From the NCBI GenBank assembly GCA_017549605.1, contig JAFYUH010000137.1, positions 1 through 61,061 of the forward strand: a stretch of DNA of 61,061 nt, written 5' to 3'. Positions 25,382-35,100 of this stretch are shown one piece after another. The notes beneath the pieces are model-generated. The model was not told where the DNA came from. It was given only the letters and a program-made list of their open reading frames with translations, and ran no database searches. Position numbers and translations under genes: made by a program. This stretch comes from Bacteroidales bacterium (GTDB lineage: Bacteria > Bacteroidota > Bacteroidia > Bacteroidales > F082). Every line of letters begins with the position of its first letter. The first letter of the stretch is position 1.

Positions 25382-27715
25382 TTATTTTTTGATGAATTGT
25401 TTTGTTACGTATTCGTTTTCAGTCTTGATGTTGATGAAGTAGACTCCGCTGTTGAATCCGCTCATGTCAATAGTGTTGACGTCTTCTTCTGTAGAATATA
25501 TCAAGATGCCTACGACATTGTAGATATTTATCTTCTTGATGATTTCGTTAGTGCTTATGATGAGTCTGTCGTCTACAGGGTTAGGGTAGATGCTGAAGTA
25601 AGAGTTTTCTTCTGTGATGTCTTCGCCGCTTAATGTCAGAGTGCATGCTTCTTTGCTTGGTTCAGATGGTCCGAGGTTGCATATGCTCGCTACGCTATAG
25701 CAGTATCTTGTATCACTTTCAAGACCTTTGTCGGTATATGATGTCTCGTTTACAGTTGCTATTATTTCGCCGTCGCGTAGCACTTGGTATTTTTGGGCTG
25801 TTGTAGATGGAGACCATGTGACTCTGATGCTGCTTCCGTCAATAGCCTTGGCTCTTATGGTACTTGGCGCATAGCATTTGTTCGATACCTTTACAGAAAT
25901 TGTCTCTGTCCATACGTCAGCTGGAGATTCTTCAGAAATGTCTGTCAGGGTGAAGATGATTTCGTGTTCGTCAGGTGTTGATGTATTGACTTTCACTACA
26001 AAATTTTGTATAACGCTTTGTCCTGATTGCAATACACCGTAATTGCCGGTTCCGTTGACGATGGTGACGCATGTGTCTTCTGTTGTCAGGCTGAGCACTA
26101 TGTCGTGAGTTGCAACAGTGCCATCGTTACGTAATGTTATAGGCAATGCGATGTTGCCACCTGTTGTTATTTCAATAGGATTATATTGAAGTACTATCTC
26201 TGGACCTAGTTCGTCCATTAATTCCATTGCTGCCAAGGCGTCGATGCGTCCGCTACCTGTTCTGTTGCTTTTCTTGTCAGAGAGTTTCACTGCTGTTGTC
26301 TCGAATAATTTACAGATGAGAGCTGGTGTGAGGTCAGGGTTTTTCTCTAACAAAAGGGCGATGGCGCCAGCAACGCAAGGTGTCGCCATTGATGTTCCGC
26401 TTAATGTGCTGAAGCCGTTGTTTGATGTATGAGAACTGGATAAGATATAAACTCCAGGAGCGCATACGTCAGGGCGGATGAGTCCGAATTCATTTTCGTT
26501 GGCTCCTGGCTGGAAATTGATCATAGTGTTGAGGATATAATCGTCCCAGTCTGATCCTGACCATGTGACAGGTCCTTCTGATGAGAAATATGCAGGTTTT
26601 TCGTCATAGTCTACAGCTCCTACGCAGAGTACGCTTGACACACCGCCAGCATTGGCTTGTTGGTCAGGATGTATCCATGGTGGAGGACAGTTGCCTGGAG
26701 CGTTGACGTTTCTTGGTATTGGATATTCGTTTATCTTGCTTCTGTCGTTGCCTGCTGCTACTGCTGCCAAGACGTCGAAATTCAAGAGGTTTTCGAAAGT
26801 TCTGCGTAAGATGCCGCTGGTGTAAATGTCAGGGAATGCTACTCCAAGAGAGAGGCTTAAAAGGTCAGCGCCGTTTTCTATTGAGAACTCAACGCCGCTT
26901 ACGATAGCGTTGACAGAGCCTTCACCATTGTCACCGAGAACCTTGATACACATCAAAGTTGCCTCAGGAGCAATGCCTGTCTGTATGCCAGAGGTTCCGT
27001 CGCCGCAGATGGTGCCTGCGCAGTGTGTGCCGTGACCGTAAGTGTCGTTGATGTTATGGTTGTTGTTTAATGTGTTGTAGCCGTGGTTCGGATATTTGTC
27101 GCCGCCATCCCATAAGTGGTCTTTCAAGTCGACGTGGTCGGTGTTGACACCTGTGTCTAATATTGATACGAGTATGCCTTTGCCAGTGTATCCTTTTTCC
27201 CAGATCTTGTCAGCATTGATCTTGGTGATGTTGTCTGTCATATTGCCTCTTATGTCCTTGGCTTCTTGTATCTCTTCGTTGAAGAGCATATATTGCAACT
27301 TGTTATAAGCAATAGCTGCTACGTCAGGATGTTGTGCTATCTGATAGATGATGTCGCTGGAGGCTTCGCAGTTGATCATGTTTGTGATCCAGTGGCTTTG
27401 GATGTTCTTTACGCTGCTGCTTCTTGTTCCTGATTGCAAGATTGACAATACGTCTGATTGGCTTGCTTCAGAGAAACTCTTGTATTCGTTCAATACGTTG
27501 CTTCTCTTGTCGCTTCTGTCTCTATAAACTTGCTTTTTTGATTCTAGTTTCTGTGCGTCTATCTGTGATTTGAGGATGATGTTGACGCTGATGAGTTCAT
27601 CGCTTTTCTGATTGAGGATTTGTTGTAACTCAGGGTCGATGTCGCATGTTCCTTGAGCTTGACCGAAGTTGATGATGCAGAAAGTTAGCAGTAAAAGGAC
27701 TAATAATTTCTTCAT
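25382..27715 (-). CDS. Subtilisin-like S8 serine peptidase with one FN3 and T9SS sorting domain (paralog F)
   Basis: 777 aa. Triad motifs are 'VSILDTGV', 'HGTHCAG' and 'GTSMATP'. One FN3 unit ('KYQVLRDGEIIATV') and the C-terminal domain 'SIYPNPVDDRLII...GVYFINIKT' follow. Only 6 nt separate it from paralog E. Confidence 0.88.
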   Translation of the reverse strand: MKKLLVLLLLTFCIINFGQAQGTCDIDPELQQILNQKSDELISVNIILKSQIDAQKLESKKQVYRDRSDKRSNVLNEYKSFSEASQSDVLSILQSGTRSSSVKNIQSHWITNMINCEASSDIIYQIAQHPDVAAIAYNKLQYMLFNEEIQEAKDIRGNMTDNITKINADKIWEKGYTGKGILVSILDTGVNTDHVDLKDHLWDGGDKYPNHGYNTLNNNHNINDTYGHGTHCAGTICGDGTSGIQTGIAPEATLMCIKVLGDNGEGSVNAIVSGVEFSIENGADLLSLSLGVAFPDIYTSGILRRTFENLLNFDVLAAVAAGNDRSKINEYPIPRNVNAPGNCPPPWIHPDQQANAGGVSSVLCVGAVDYDEKPAYFSSEGPVTWSGSDWDDYILNTMINFQPGANENEFGLIRPDVCAPGVYILSSSHTSNNGFSTLSGTSMATPCVAGAIALLLEKNPDLTPALICKLFETTAVKLSDKKSNRTGSGRIDALAAMELMDELGPEIVLQYNPIEITTGGNIALPITLRNDGTVATHDIVLSLTTEDTCVTIVNGTGNYGVLQSGQSVIQNFVVKVNTSTPDEHEIIFTLTDISEESPADVWTETISVKVSNKCYAPSTIRAKAIDGSSIRVTWSPSTTAQKYQVLRDGEIIATVNETSYTDKGLESDTRYCYSVASICNLGPSEPSKEACTLTLSGEDITEENSYFSIYPNPVDDRLIISTNEIIKKINIYNVVGILIYSTEEDVNTIDMSGFNSGVYFINIKTENEYVTKQFIKK

Positions 27716-27801
27716 AGCTTTGTTTAAATTGTCAAATGAAATGATGTAAAATAATTTGGCGTAAAGATACGAAAATATATGTTTAAAACAGTAGAATTTT
27801 A

Positions 27802-27809
27802 TATATTTG
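27802..27809 (+). promoter_or_regulatory. -7 box candidate upstream of the histidine kinase gene
   Basis: 'TATATTTG' lies 76 nt upstream of the ATG. Confidence 0.35.
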
Positions 27810-27885
27810 TAAGGACGTATTTATCTTTAAAAAGCAATGAAATAATTGGAGATGATGATACGTTTAATGAACATAATTTTAAGGC

Positions 27886-29409
27886 ATGAGAAAGTTCAAT
27901 GATTTATATGTAAAGAAAAAAAGATGGAAGATCGTATTGTCGATAATCGCATTGCTGATCATAAGTCTTTCGATGTATTATACTAATAACTTGGTCAAGA
28001 AATTTGCAATGCAGGAGCAGAAGCAGATGGCGATGTGGGCGGAAGCTGTTCAGTCTCATGCAGAACTGATGAATTATACCGAAGGCTTTTTTGACGAGGT
28101 CAGTCTGCAGGAAAGCAAAAGAGTGGAACTTCTCGCCATGGCGTATCGTCGTTTTCTTGCCGCAAAAGACAATGAAAATATCGTGGTCTATCTGGATATA
28201 ATCCAAAGTAACATTAGCATTCCTGTCGTTATTACGGATAGTGAAAATAATATCACGCTTTCCATAAACCTTCCTAAGAAATTTCAGGACAAGGAAATCT
28301 TCGACCACGAAATGCAAATGGAATTTAACATTTACCCTCCGATAAAGATAGATATTTATGGCAAGGAGTCGTTTCTGTACTATAACGAGTCTCTTATCTA
28401 TACTGAATTGAGGACTGTTCTTGACGATATGTTTGCCTTGTTTATAAATGATGTGTCGGATAATGCTGTCGGTGTTCCTGTCATCATCCTTAACCAATCT
28501 CAGAATGAGATCCTCAGCTATGGCAACCTCGATTCGTCTATGATGAACGACGGCGATTATGTGGAAGAGCAACTGAAAATCATGAGTTCTGAAAATATGC
28601 CGATAGAACTTAATTATCTCAATGGTGAGAAGGCATATATCTATTACAGAAGTTCCGACTTGCTTCGTATCGTTAGTTATTTCCCTATAGTACAGATATT
28701 TGTCTTCATCTTCTTTATCATAGTGGCTTATCTGCTGTTCAGCTATGCTCGTCGTTCGGAACAGAATCAGGTGTGGGCCGGTATGGCAAAAGAGACTGCT
28801 CATCAGATCGGAACTCCTCTGACATCTCTGGTGGGCTGGATTGAACTGCTGAAACTGCAGGACACTCCTTTCATCGGCACCGTAGAGATGGAGAAAGATA
28901 TCGATAGGATGAAAGTCATAACAGAGCGTTTCTCTAAGATCGGTTCTATCCCTACCTTGGAACCTCGCGATGTAGTGGCTTCTGTCAATGAGACGATGGC
29001 TTATCTGAAACGCCGTTTCTCGAATAACAAATTCGAGTTCGAGCTGAACATACCTAACAGAGAGATTTTCGTTCCTCTCGACTCGGCTCTCTTTAGCTGG
29101 GTGCTTGAGAATCTAACAAAGAACGCCCTCGACGCAATGGAAGATCATGGAGTGCTGACGGTGGAGATGACTGAAGATGCTGATAACGTTTATATTGATG
29201 TCAGCGATACTGGTAAGGGCATGCAGCGCACTATGTTCAAGCAGGTGTTCCAGCCTGGCTATACAAGCAAGAAAAGAGGCTGGGGCCTTGGACTCTCTCT
29301 GGCGAGACGTATCATAGAAGAATATCATAAAGGAAAGATCTTCGTCAAGTCGTCAGTCGTTGGACAAGGAACAACGTTTAGAGTGTCGCTTAAAAAGACA
29401 AAAGGCTAA
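27886..29409 (+). CDS. Sensor histidine kinase (two TM segments, HisKA + HATPase_c)
   Basis: 507 aa. The H-box is 'ETAHQIGTPLTSL'; the ATPase N and G boxes are 'ENLTKNALDAM', 'DTGKGM' and 'GWGLGL'. No response regulator is adjacent. Confidence 0.85.
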   Translation: MRKFNDLYVKKKRWKIVLSIIALLIISLSMYYTNNLVKKFAMQEQKQMAMWAEAVQSHAELMNYTEGFFDEVSLQESKRVELLAMAYRRFLAAKDNENIVVYLDIIQSNISIPVVITDSENNITLSINLPKKFQDKEIFDHEMQMEFNIYPPIKIDIYGKESFLYYNESLIYTELRTVLDDMFALFINDVSDNAVGVPVIILNQSQNEILSYGNLDSSMMNDGDYVEEQLKIMSSENMPIELNYLNGEKAYIYYRSSDLLRIVSYFPIVQIFVFIFFIIVAYLLFSYARRSEQNQVWAGMAKETAHQIGTPLTSLVGWIELLKLQDTPFIGTVEMEKDIDRMKVITERFSKIGSIPTLEPRDVVASVNETMAYLKRRFSNNKFEFELNIPNREIFVPLDSALFSWVLENLTKNALDAMEDHGVLTVEMTEDADNVYIDVSDTGKGMQRTMFKQVFQPGYTSKKRGWGLGLSLARRIIEEYHKGKIFVKSSVVGQGTTFRVSLKKTKG

Positions 29410-29460
29410 GGGATTGAGAAGGATTATATAAATAAGATACATTTTATAACAGAGTATTTT

Positions 29461-29486
29461 GTAGAGACGTCACTCCTGTGGCGTCT
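29461..29486. repeat. Palindromic-element core 'gtagagacgtcactcctgtggcgtct' (intergenic copy) followed by TTAGGA[AG]T words
   Basis: The same 26-mer, as its reverse complement, occurs three times inside CDS 36215..37204. Confidence 0.8.
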
Positions 29487-29511
29487 AAAGAGTTAGGAAT
29501 TAGGAGTTGAT

Positions 29512-29561
29512 GTAGAGACGCGTCAACGTTACCTTGAAAATAAACACACGTTGACACGTCT
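29512..29561. repeat. Palindromic element PE-2, copy upstream of the helicase gene
   Basis: 'gtagagacgcgtcaacgt taccttgaaaataaacac acgttgacacgtct'. Confidence 0.7.
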
Positions 29562-29580
29562 TTTCAATTAGGAGTTAGGA

Positions 29581-31998
29581 ATGAAAAGTATGAAGAATGA
29601 TAAGATAGAGTTGTTGAATAGGTTTGTGCAAAACACGGACGTTCATATCTTTTTGACAGGAAAAGCTGGTACTGGAAAGACGACCTTCCTTCGTAACCTG
29701 GCGGCCAGTACATATAAGAGAATGGTCATTGTGGCTCCTACTGGCGTAGCTGCCATCAATGCGGGTGGCGTGACGATACATTCGTTTTTTCAGCTGCCTT
29801 TCGGTCCTATTGTGCCTGATGGAGAGCAGTCGTTGTCGTTGTTGTCTAATAAGATAAGCAAGACTAAACTGAAGATCATGCGCAGTCTTGACTTGCTGGT
29901 CATAGACGAGATCAGTATGGTTCGTGCCGACCTCCTCGATGCTGTCGACGCCGTATTGCGAAAAGTACGTCGTAGCAGCGCTGCTTTCGGCGGAGTGCAG
30001 CTGCTCATGATCGGCGACATACAACAGCTGGCTCCTGTGGCGCGACAAAACGAATGGGAACTGTTACAGCCTTATTATAAGTCTGTGTATTTCTTCGATA
30101 GTAAAGTGTTGAGCAGTAATCCTTATATCTGCGTGGAACTGGATCATATCTATCGTCAGAATGACGAGGATTTTATCAATATACTCAATCAGGTGAGAAA
30201 TAACAGACTGGATAAGAAAAGCGCCGACTTGCTCAACCAGCGTTATATGCCTGACTTCAACCCTGAAGATAAAGAAGGTTATATCACACTGACGACTCAT
30301 AACTCTCAGGCAGATGAGATAAATGAGCAGAAGCTTGGTGCTATAGATTCTAAGTTGCTTACTTTCAACGCTGAGATAAATGGGATATTCCCAGAGAACG
30401 CGTATCCTACAAAAGAGACTCTCGAACTGAAGGTGGGCGCACAGGTGATGTTCGTGAAGAATGACCCTTCGCCTGAGAAACAGTATTACAATGGCAAGAT
30501 TGGAAAGATAATATCATATAATTCAGACGAAGGTCTTGTAGTTCAATGTGAAGATAATGTTATCAATGTGACTCCGGTGCAATGGCAGAACTTTGAATAT
30601 ACTCTTAATGAAAAGACTAACGAGATAGAGGAGAAGGAGATAGGCAGCTTCACTCAGATTCCGCTGAGAACGGCTTGGGCTATCACTATACATAAGAGTC
30701 AGGGCCTTACATTCGACAAGGTGATTCTCAATGCAGAGATGGCTTTCACTCACGGACAGGTATATGTGGCTCTCAGCCGCTGCACTTCCCTCAAAGGCTT
30801 GGTGCTTAAGTCGAAGATACAGAATAATATCTTGTTTAACGATAACACCATAAATGCTTTCGTTGACAAGATACCTTCTCTTGAACCTGATAAAGAACGC
30901 CTTGCAAAAGAAGAATATAAGTTCTTGCACCACATGATCCTCGATTTATTCTCTTTTGGAAATCTTGAGACTCAGATGAACCGACTCGCTAAGGTGGTTC
31001 GTGAGAATGATAATATCTTTGATAAGGAGGCTGTGAATCATATCGCTGAGCGACGCCGACTTTTTAGAGAGGAGATAATAGATGTGGCGACACGCTTCGC
31101 TCGTCAGATCGACTCTATATTGCTCAATCCTAATGCCGACTTTAACTACCTTCAAGAGAGAATAAAGAAGGCCTCTGCTTATTTCTTCGACAAACTCAAT
31201 GAGTTGGAAAACATTGGCGACCATATAAACGAAACCGACAATAAAGCTGTCAACCTCTCGGTCAAGACGGTCTTGGATACGATAAGGGAGATTCTTTATG
31301 TCAAGACGGCTTGTGTCAATATGACCAAAGAAGGCTTTGACCTGGAACGCTTCCTTGAATTGAAAAACAAGAAAACTGTTGAAGCAGAGAACCTTTCTTC
31401 TTCAAAGTTGAAGTCGAAGACGATGGATAAGAAAGACCAGCCTTTGATGAATGCCTTGATGAAATGGCGTGAGGAAAAGGCAGAAGAGTTCGACAAACTG
31501 GAAAATCAGATACTTCCAAAAACAGTGTTGCTGCGTATCGTTGAGCAGAAACCTGTTTCTATAAGAGAACTTAAAGAAATCTCGAAACTTGGTATCACAC
31601 GTATAAAGAGCTTCGGATCTGACATTATTAATATGGTGCTGAAATACGAAGGCTTGGCTCAGAAGAACTTCGACGACGAGGAGTCAAAGAAAGAGATGAA
31701 TCTGTCGAGCAGCGTGCTTAAGACCTTAGAGCTTCTGGATGAAGGTGTGGAGATAGATGAGATTGCTAAGGAGAGAAATTACTCCCGTTCGACCATAGAG
31801 AATCATGTCATTGAAATTATCAAGAATGGTCTTTATACTGTGGAAGACTTTGTGGATAAAGAACATCTGGAAACGATAACAGAATATTTCGAGGAAGTCG
31901 ATGACACATCTTTATCTGCGGCACGCGACGTCCTCGGTGATGAATATTCGTATTTCGAGTTGAAATTAGGATTGATGTTGAAAAACCTTAACTCATAA
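29581..31998 (+). CDS. Pif1/RecD-like P-loop DNA helicase with C-terminal HRDC and HTH domains
   Basis: 805 aa. Walker A is 'GKAGTGKTT' and Walker B-like is 'LLVIDEISMV'; 'TIHKSQGLTF' is typical of RecD/Pif1 motif V. An HRDC-like segment lies around 'LMKWREEKAEEFDKLENQILPKTVL'. The start codon lies inside a TTAGGAG word run, and an alternative ATG 3 codons downstream is possible. Confidence 0.75.
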   Translation: MKSMKNDKIELLNRFVQNTDVHIFLTGKAGTGKTTFLRNLAASTYKRMVIVAPTGVAAINAGGVTIHSFFQLPFGPIVPDGEQSLSLLSNKISKTKLKIMRSLDLLVIDEISMVRADLLDAVDAVLRKVRRSSAAFGGVQLLMIGDIQQLAPVARQNEWELLQPYYKSVYFFDSKVLSSNPYICVELDHIYRQNDEDFINILNQVRNNRLDKKSADLLNQRYMPDFNPEDKEGYITLTTHNSQADEINEQKLGAIDSKLLTFNAEINGIFPENAYPTKETLELKVGAQVMFVKNDPSPEKQYYNGKIGKIISYNSDEGLVVQCEDNVINVTPVQWQNFEYTLNEKTNEIEEKEIGSFTQIPLRTAWAITIHKSQGLTFDKVILNAEMAFTHGQVYVALSRCTSLKGLVLKSKIQNNILFNDNTINAFVDKIPSLEPDKERLAKEEYKFLHHMILDLFSFGNLETQMNRLAKVVRENDNIFDKEAVNHIAERRRLFREEIIDVATRFARQIDSILLNPNADFNYLQERIKKASAYFFDKLNELENIGDHINETDNKAVNLSVKTVLDTIREILYVKTACVNMTKEGFDLERFLELKNKKTVEAENLSSSKLKSKTMDKKDQPLMNALMKWREEKAEEFDKLENQILPKTVLLRIVEQKPVSIRELKEISKLGITRIKSFGSDIINMVLKYEGLAQKNFDDEESKKEMNLSSSVLKTLELLDEGVEIDEIAKERNYSRSTIENHVIEIIKNGLYTVEDFVDKEHLETITEYFEEVDDTSLSAARDVLGDEYSYFELKLGLMLKNLNS

Positions 31999-32004
31999 AT
32001 TGAT

Positions 32005-32057
32005 AAGACGCATCAATGTGTGTTTATTTTTTATAAGTAACATTGACACGTCTCTAC
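32005..32057. repeat. Palindromic element PE-2, inverted copy downstream of the helicase gene
   Basis: 'aagacgcatcaatgt gtgtttattttttataagta acattgacacgtctctac'. Its reverse complement aligns with 29512..29561 at roughly 80% identity by eye, including the loop. Confidence 0.65.
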
Positions 32058-32070
32058 CTCTCGGCTAATT

Positions 32071-32109
32071 CATCAAATCCTCATACCCTCAAATCCTCAA
32101 TTCCTAATT
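32071..32109. repeat. AATCCTCA / TTCCTAA word run overlapping the M6 protease stop
   Basis: 'catcaaatcctcataccctcaaatcctcaattcctaatt'. Confidence 0.7.
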
Positions 32110-35100
32110 ACTTTATAGACTCTCGTCTCAGTCTCGGTAACGACTTGAATCAAGTATAAACCCTGACTGAAACCTCTCATGTCGATTTCCAATTTGTTGC
32201 AATTGACGTTTTCTTCAAGGAGAAGATTGCCTGTGATAGAATATATTCTGACATTTCTGATGCTGTCGTCGTAAATATTGACGTAGTCGTTTGTTGGGTT
32301 AGGATATAACTTTGGCGATTTGTCTTCCTCTGGCTCTGGATCTTCAGGTTCTGGTTCAGGCTCTGTTGGTGTCACCACGAGACAAGCCTTGTCGGAATAA
32401 AGTATGTCAGCGTTTTTGTAAACCACGCCGATATTATAACAGATGCTATCGCCTATATTCTTTTCTTCTGGATCTGTAAAAGTCGTTGATGTAATGTCAG
32501 AAGCGATGAGACTGTCTCCTCTGTAGATGTTGTAAGACAGACTGTTTACAAAGTCTTCATCTTGTTCTATATGGAGGCGTATCAGCCATGAATAGTTCAT
32601 GTTGAATTCAGATGCGCTTTTCCATGAGGTGCCTGATTTTATCATGTTGCTGTTTTCCAGTCCTACGAATTCTCCGCAAGGGATAGGAGGGTTGGATGTG
32701 CCGGCAGACTTGGCAGTTAACCATAAGTTCTGATTTGAATCGAAATTCACTTTCTTTGAGAGTTTGAAACTTACGAATTCGTTGGTGTTATTAGTCTTGA
32801 ACGCTTCGTTGTGGATGAGGTTGTCGTTGCCAGGTTTGTTGCCGTTATAGATGTTGAAGTTATATGTTGTTTCTGTAGCATCGAATATTTCTATTCCTGT
32901 GATTTTTGCACCTTCATAGATATTGAGGTTTTCTGCTGGCACCATGATGCCCCAGGTGTTGCTGCTTCCACCGATGCTTGTGACATATTTGCCATCGTCG
33001 TAATTGATAGAATGGGTGCTTTTGCTTGGGTCGACATTCCATTCCAATTTGACAAAGTTATTCTCTGATGTCGCTACGATGTCGATGATGTTTCTATTGT
33101 AATTCAAGATGGTAGCTGTTGTAGTGTCTGAAGGCAATGAGGTGCAGTCGCCTCTTTTGCTTATTATTGCATAACTGTAAGTTCCTGAATTGTTTATGGT
33201 TTTGTCAGTGTAATAGTTTGAAATGATATTATCAGCTATGACTTCGCCATTGCGTAAAACCATATAACTGTCGCTTTCAACATGAGAACTCCATTGTAAG
33301 TCGATGTATGGGCTTGATACTATAGCTATGAGGTTTTTAGGAGGTATGCATGATCCGCTGCCTTCGCAGTTTATTGTTGTTAACAAACCTTCTGTCAATG
33401 TCTCTGATTTATATATATCATTACCATTAGCGTTTATGCTGAACGAGCATTCTGTGTCATCCCATCCTGGAGTCCATTTTACGTATATCTCGGTGTTTGC
33501 AGGAACGACGACGCTCTGCTTTTTGTTGTCGCCGGAATACATTGTTAAATAGATGTCGTCCATCTCATTGTTGAAAGACAATGTTATTTCTCCGCCTTGC
33601 CATCCGTTTTCACCTGTACAATTCATGTCGAAGATATATTCGCAATAGTCTCCGGTTATGATTTTTTCTTCGTTGGAATGGAACGACTCTTTGCCATTGC
33701 TGTTGGAAGTCACATGGTATCTGTGATAACCTTCGCTGATGCTGTGATATTCGTCATTATAGTGATTTTCTGTTACATCGCTGGCGATTAAGGAACCGTC
33801 GCGGTATACGTTATAAGAATCTACATTTGCAACGGAATCCCATTTGAGTTCAACATATTTGTCTTTATTTACGTTGGCGAGCAGGTTCGTTGGGATGATT
33901 TCGCTGTTTGCTGGTAAGTATGAGAACGTCATCTGGTCGCCTTTTGCAGAGATGTTGCAGATGTTTAAATCATTATCTTTTTCGTTGATATTTAAGAAAG
34001 GATAAGGATCTGTTGTGCTGTTGAATGCTGTCTTTTTGTTGTCGGCGCTGAACGCTGCCAGGTTGATGCTGCCGTTCTTTTTGTATGTGCCGCCAGGTCT
34101 GAAGATATATAATTCGTCCAAGATGTCTTTGCCGTTATATTCTATACAGCCGTTGAATCTGGTGTCGAGGCGATAAATCAGCAATCCTCCTGTAGGCAGA
34201 CCTTTTTCGAAGATGTTGTTGTCGTTTCTGTATTCTACGAGGTAAAACTGGTCTGGGTCTGAGGTAGGTATTTTATAGCAGTTTCTGCGACCGCCTTCCC
34301 ATGAGTTGGCCTCGATGGTATATGTACCGTAACCTATTTCAGGTATGTCTTCGATCCATGTTCCGTATTTGTATTTCATATAAGTGGCGGAGTGCTGAGG
34401 CGGGTTTGAATTGTTGCACATCAAATCCCAAGGTCCGGTAGGTGAGAGGTGTTCGTAATCTTGGTTGTAGTGGTATAAGTCAGGGAATCCTAGAGAGTGA
34501 GCCATCTCGTGGCATAATGTCGACACTGTGAAATATGTTGAAGTCTCCAGTTGGAAGTTGAATCCCATGACTCTTTTGTTATGGATGTAGACATCTTCTC
34601 CATGAAGCTGCCACATGTGAGGCCAGAGCAAGTCGCTCCAGTCGCCGACATTACCTTTGACGACGAAGATGACATTGTCGATGAGTCCGTCTTCGTTACG
34701 GTCGATGTTAAGAGTGTCTGGCACTTCATCGGCTATATGTTCTATGGCTCTTTTCAGCAGCGCGAATTCGCGAGGGCCGCGGTCATTTTCCTTATAACCG
34801 TCAGGATTGGATGTTTTGTTGTAAGGTCTGTAATAATTTCTTGTGTAGATGTCTTCGTAAGCGAGAATCTTGTCACCATCAGCTTTTGGGTAGCAGTAAG
34901 ACTCCATAGAAAGTTGGTTATAAGTGGCTTTCTTGAAATAGTTGTTCATGGATATATCGTAATATCCGTTGTAGTTGAACATGGAGTCTATCTTGGTCTG
35001 TGATGTCTTGAAGTCATCGTCGCCTTTGAATTTAATGAAAACGACGAGGTTGTTATAGACGCCATGGTTAAGACCTACCAAGTCTCTGGTAGGAGTGATT

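Noticed and set aside
3635-27715. The protease array as a horizontally acquired genomic island
   Set aside because: There is no integrase, transposase or tRNA boundary, and no visible composition shift. An essential gene (leuS) is embedded in it. In-situ paralog expansion with recombination fits better.
27904-28803. 299-aa ORF antisense to the histidine kinase gene
   Set aside because: It is long only because the region is AT-rich. The plus-strand ORF is continuous with clear HisKA/HATPase motifs and has a sensible TM-periplasmic-TM N-terminus. The antisense product has low-complexity composition and no motifs.
29575-30048. 157-aa ORF antisense to the helicase 5' end
   Set aside because: It overlaps the Walker A/B region of a well-supported helicase CDS and has no motifs.
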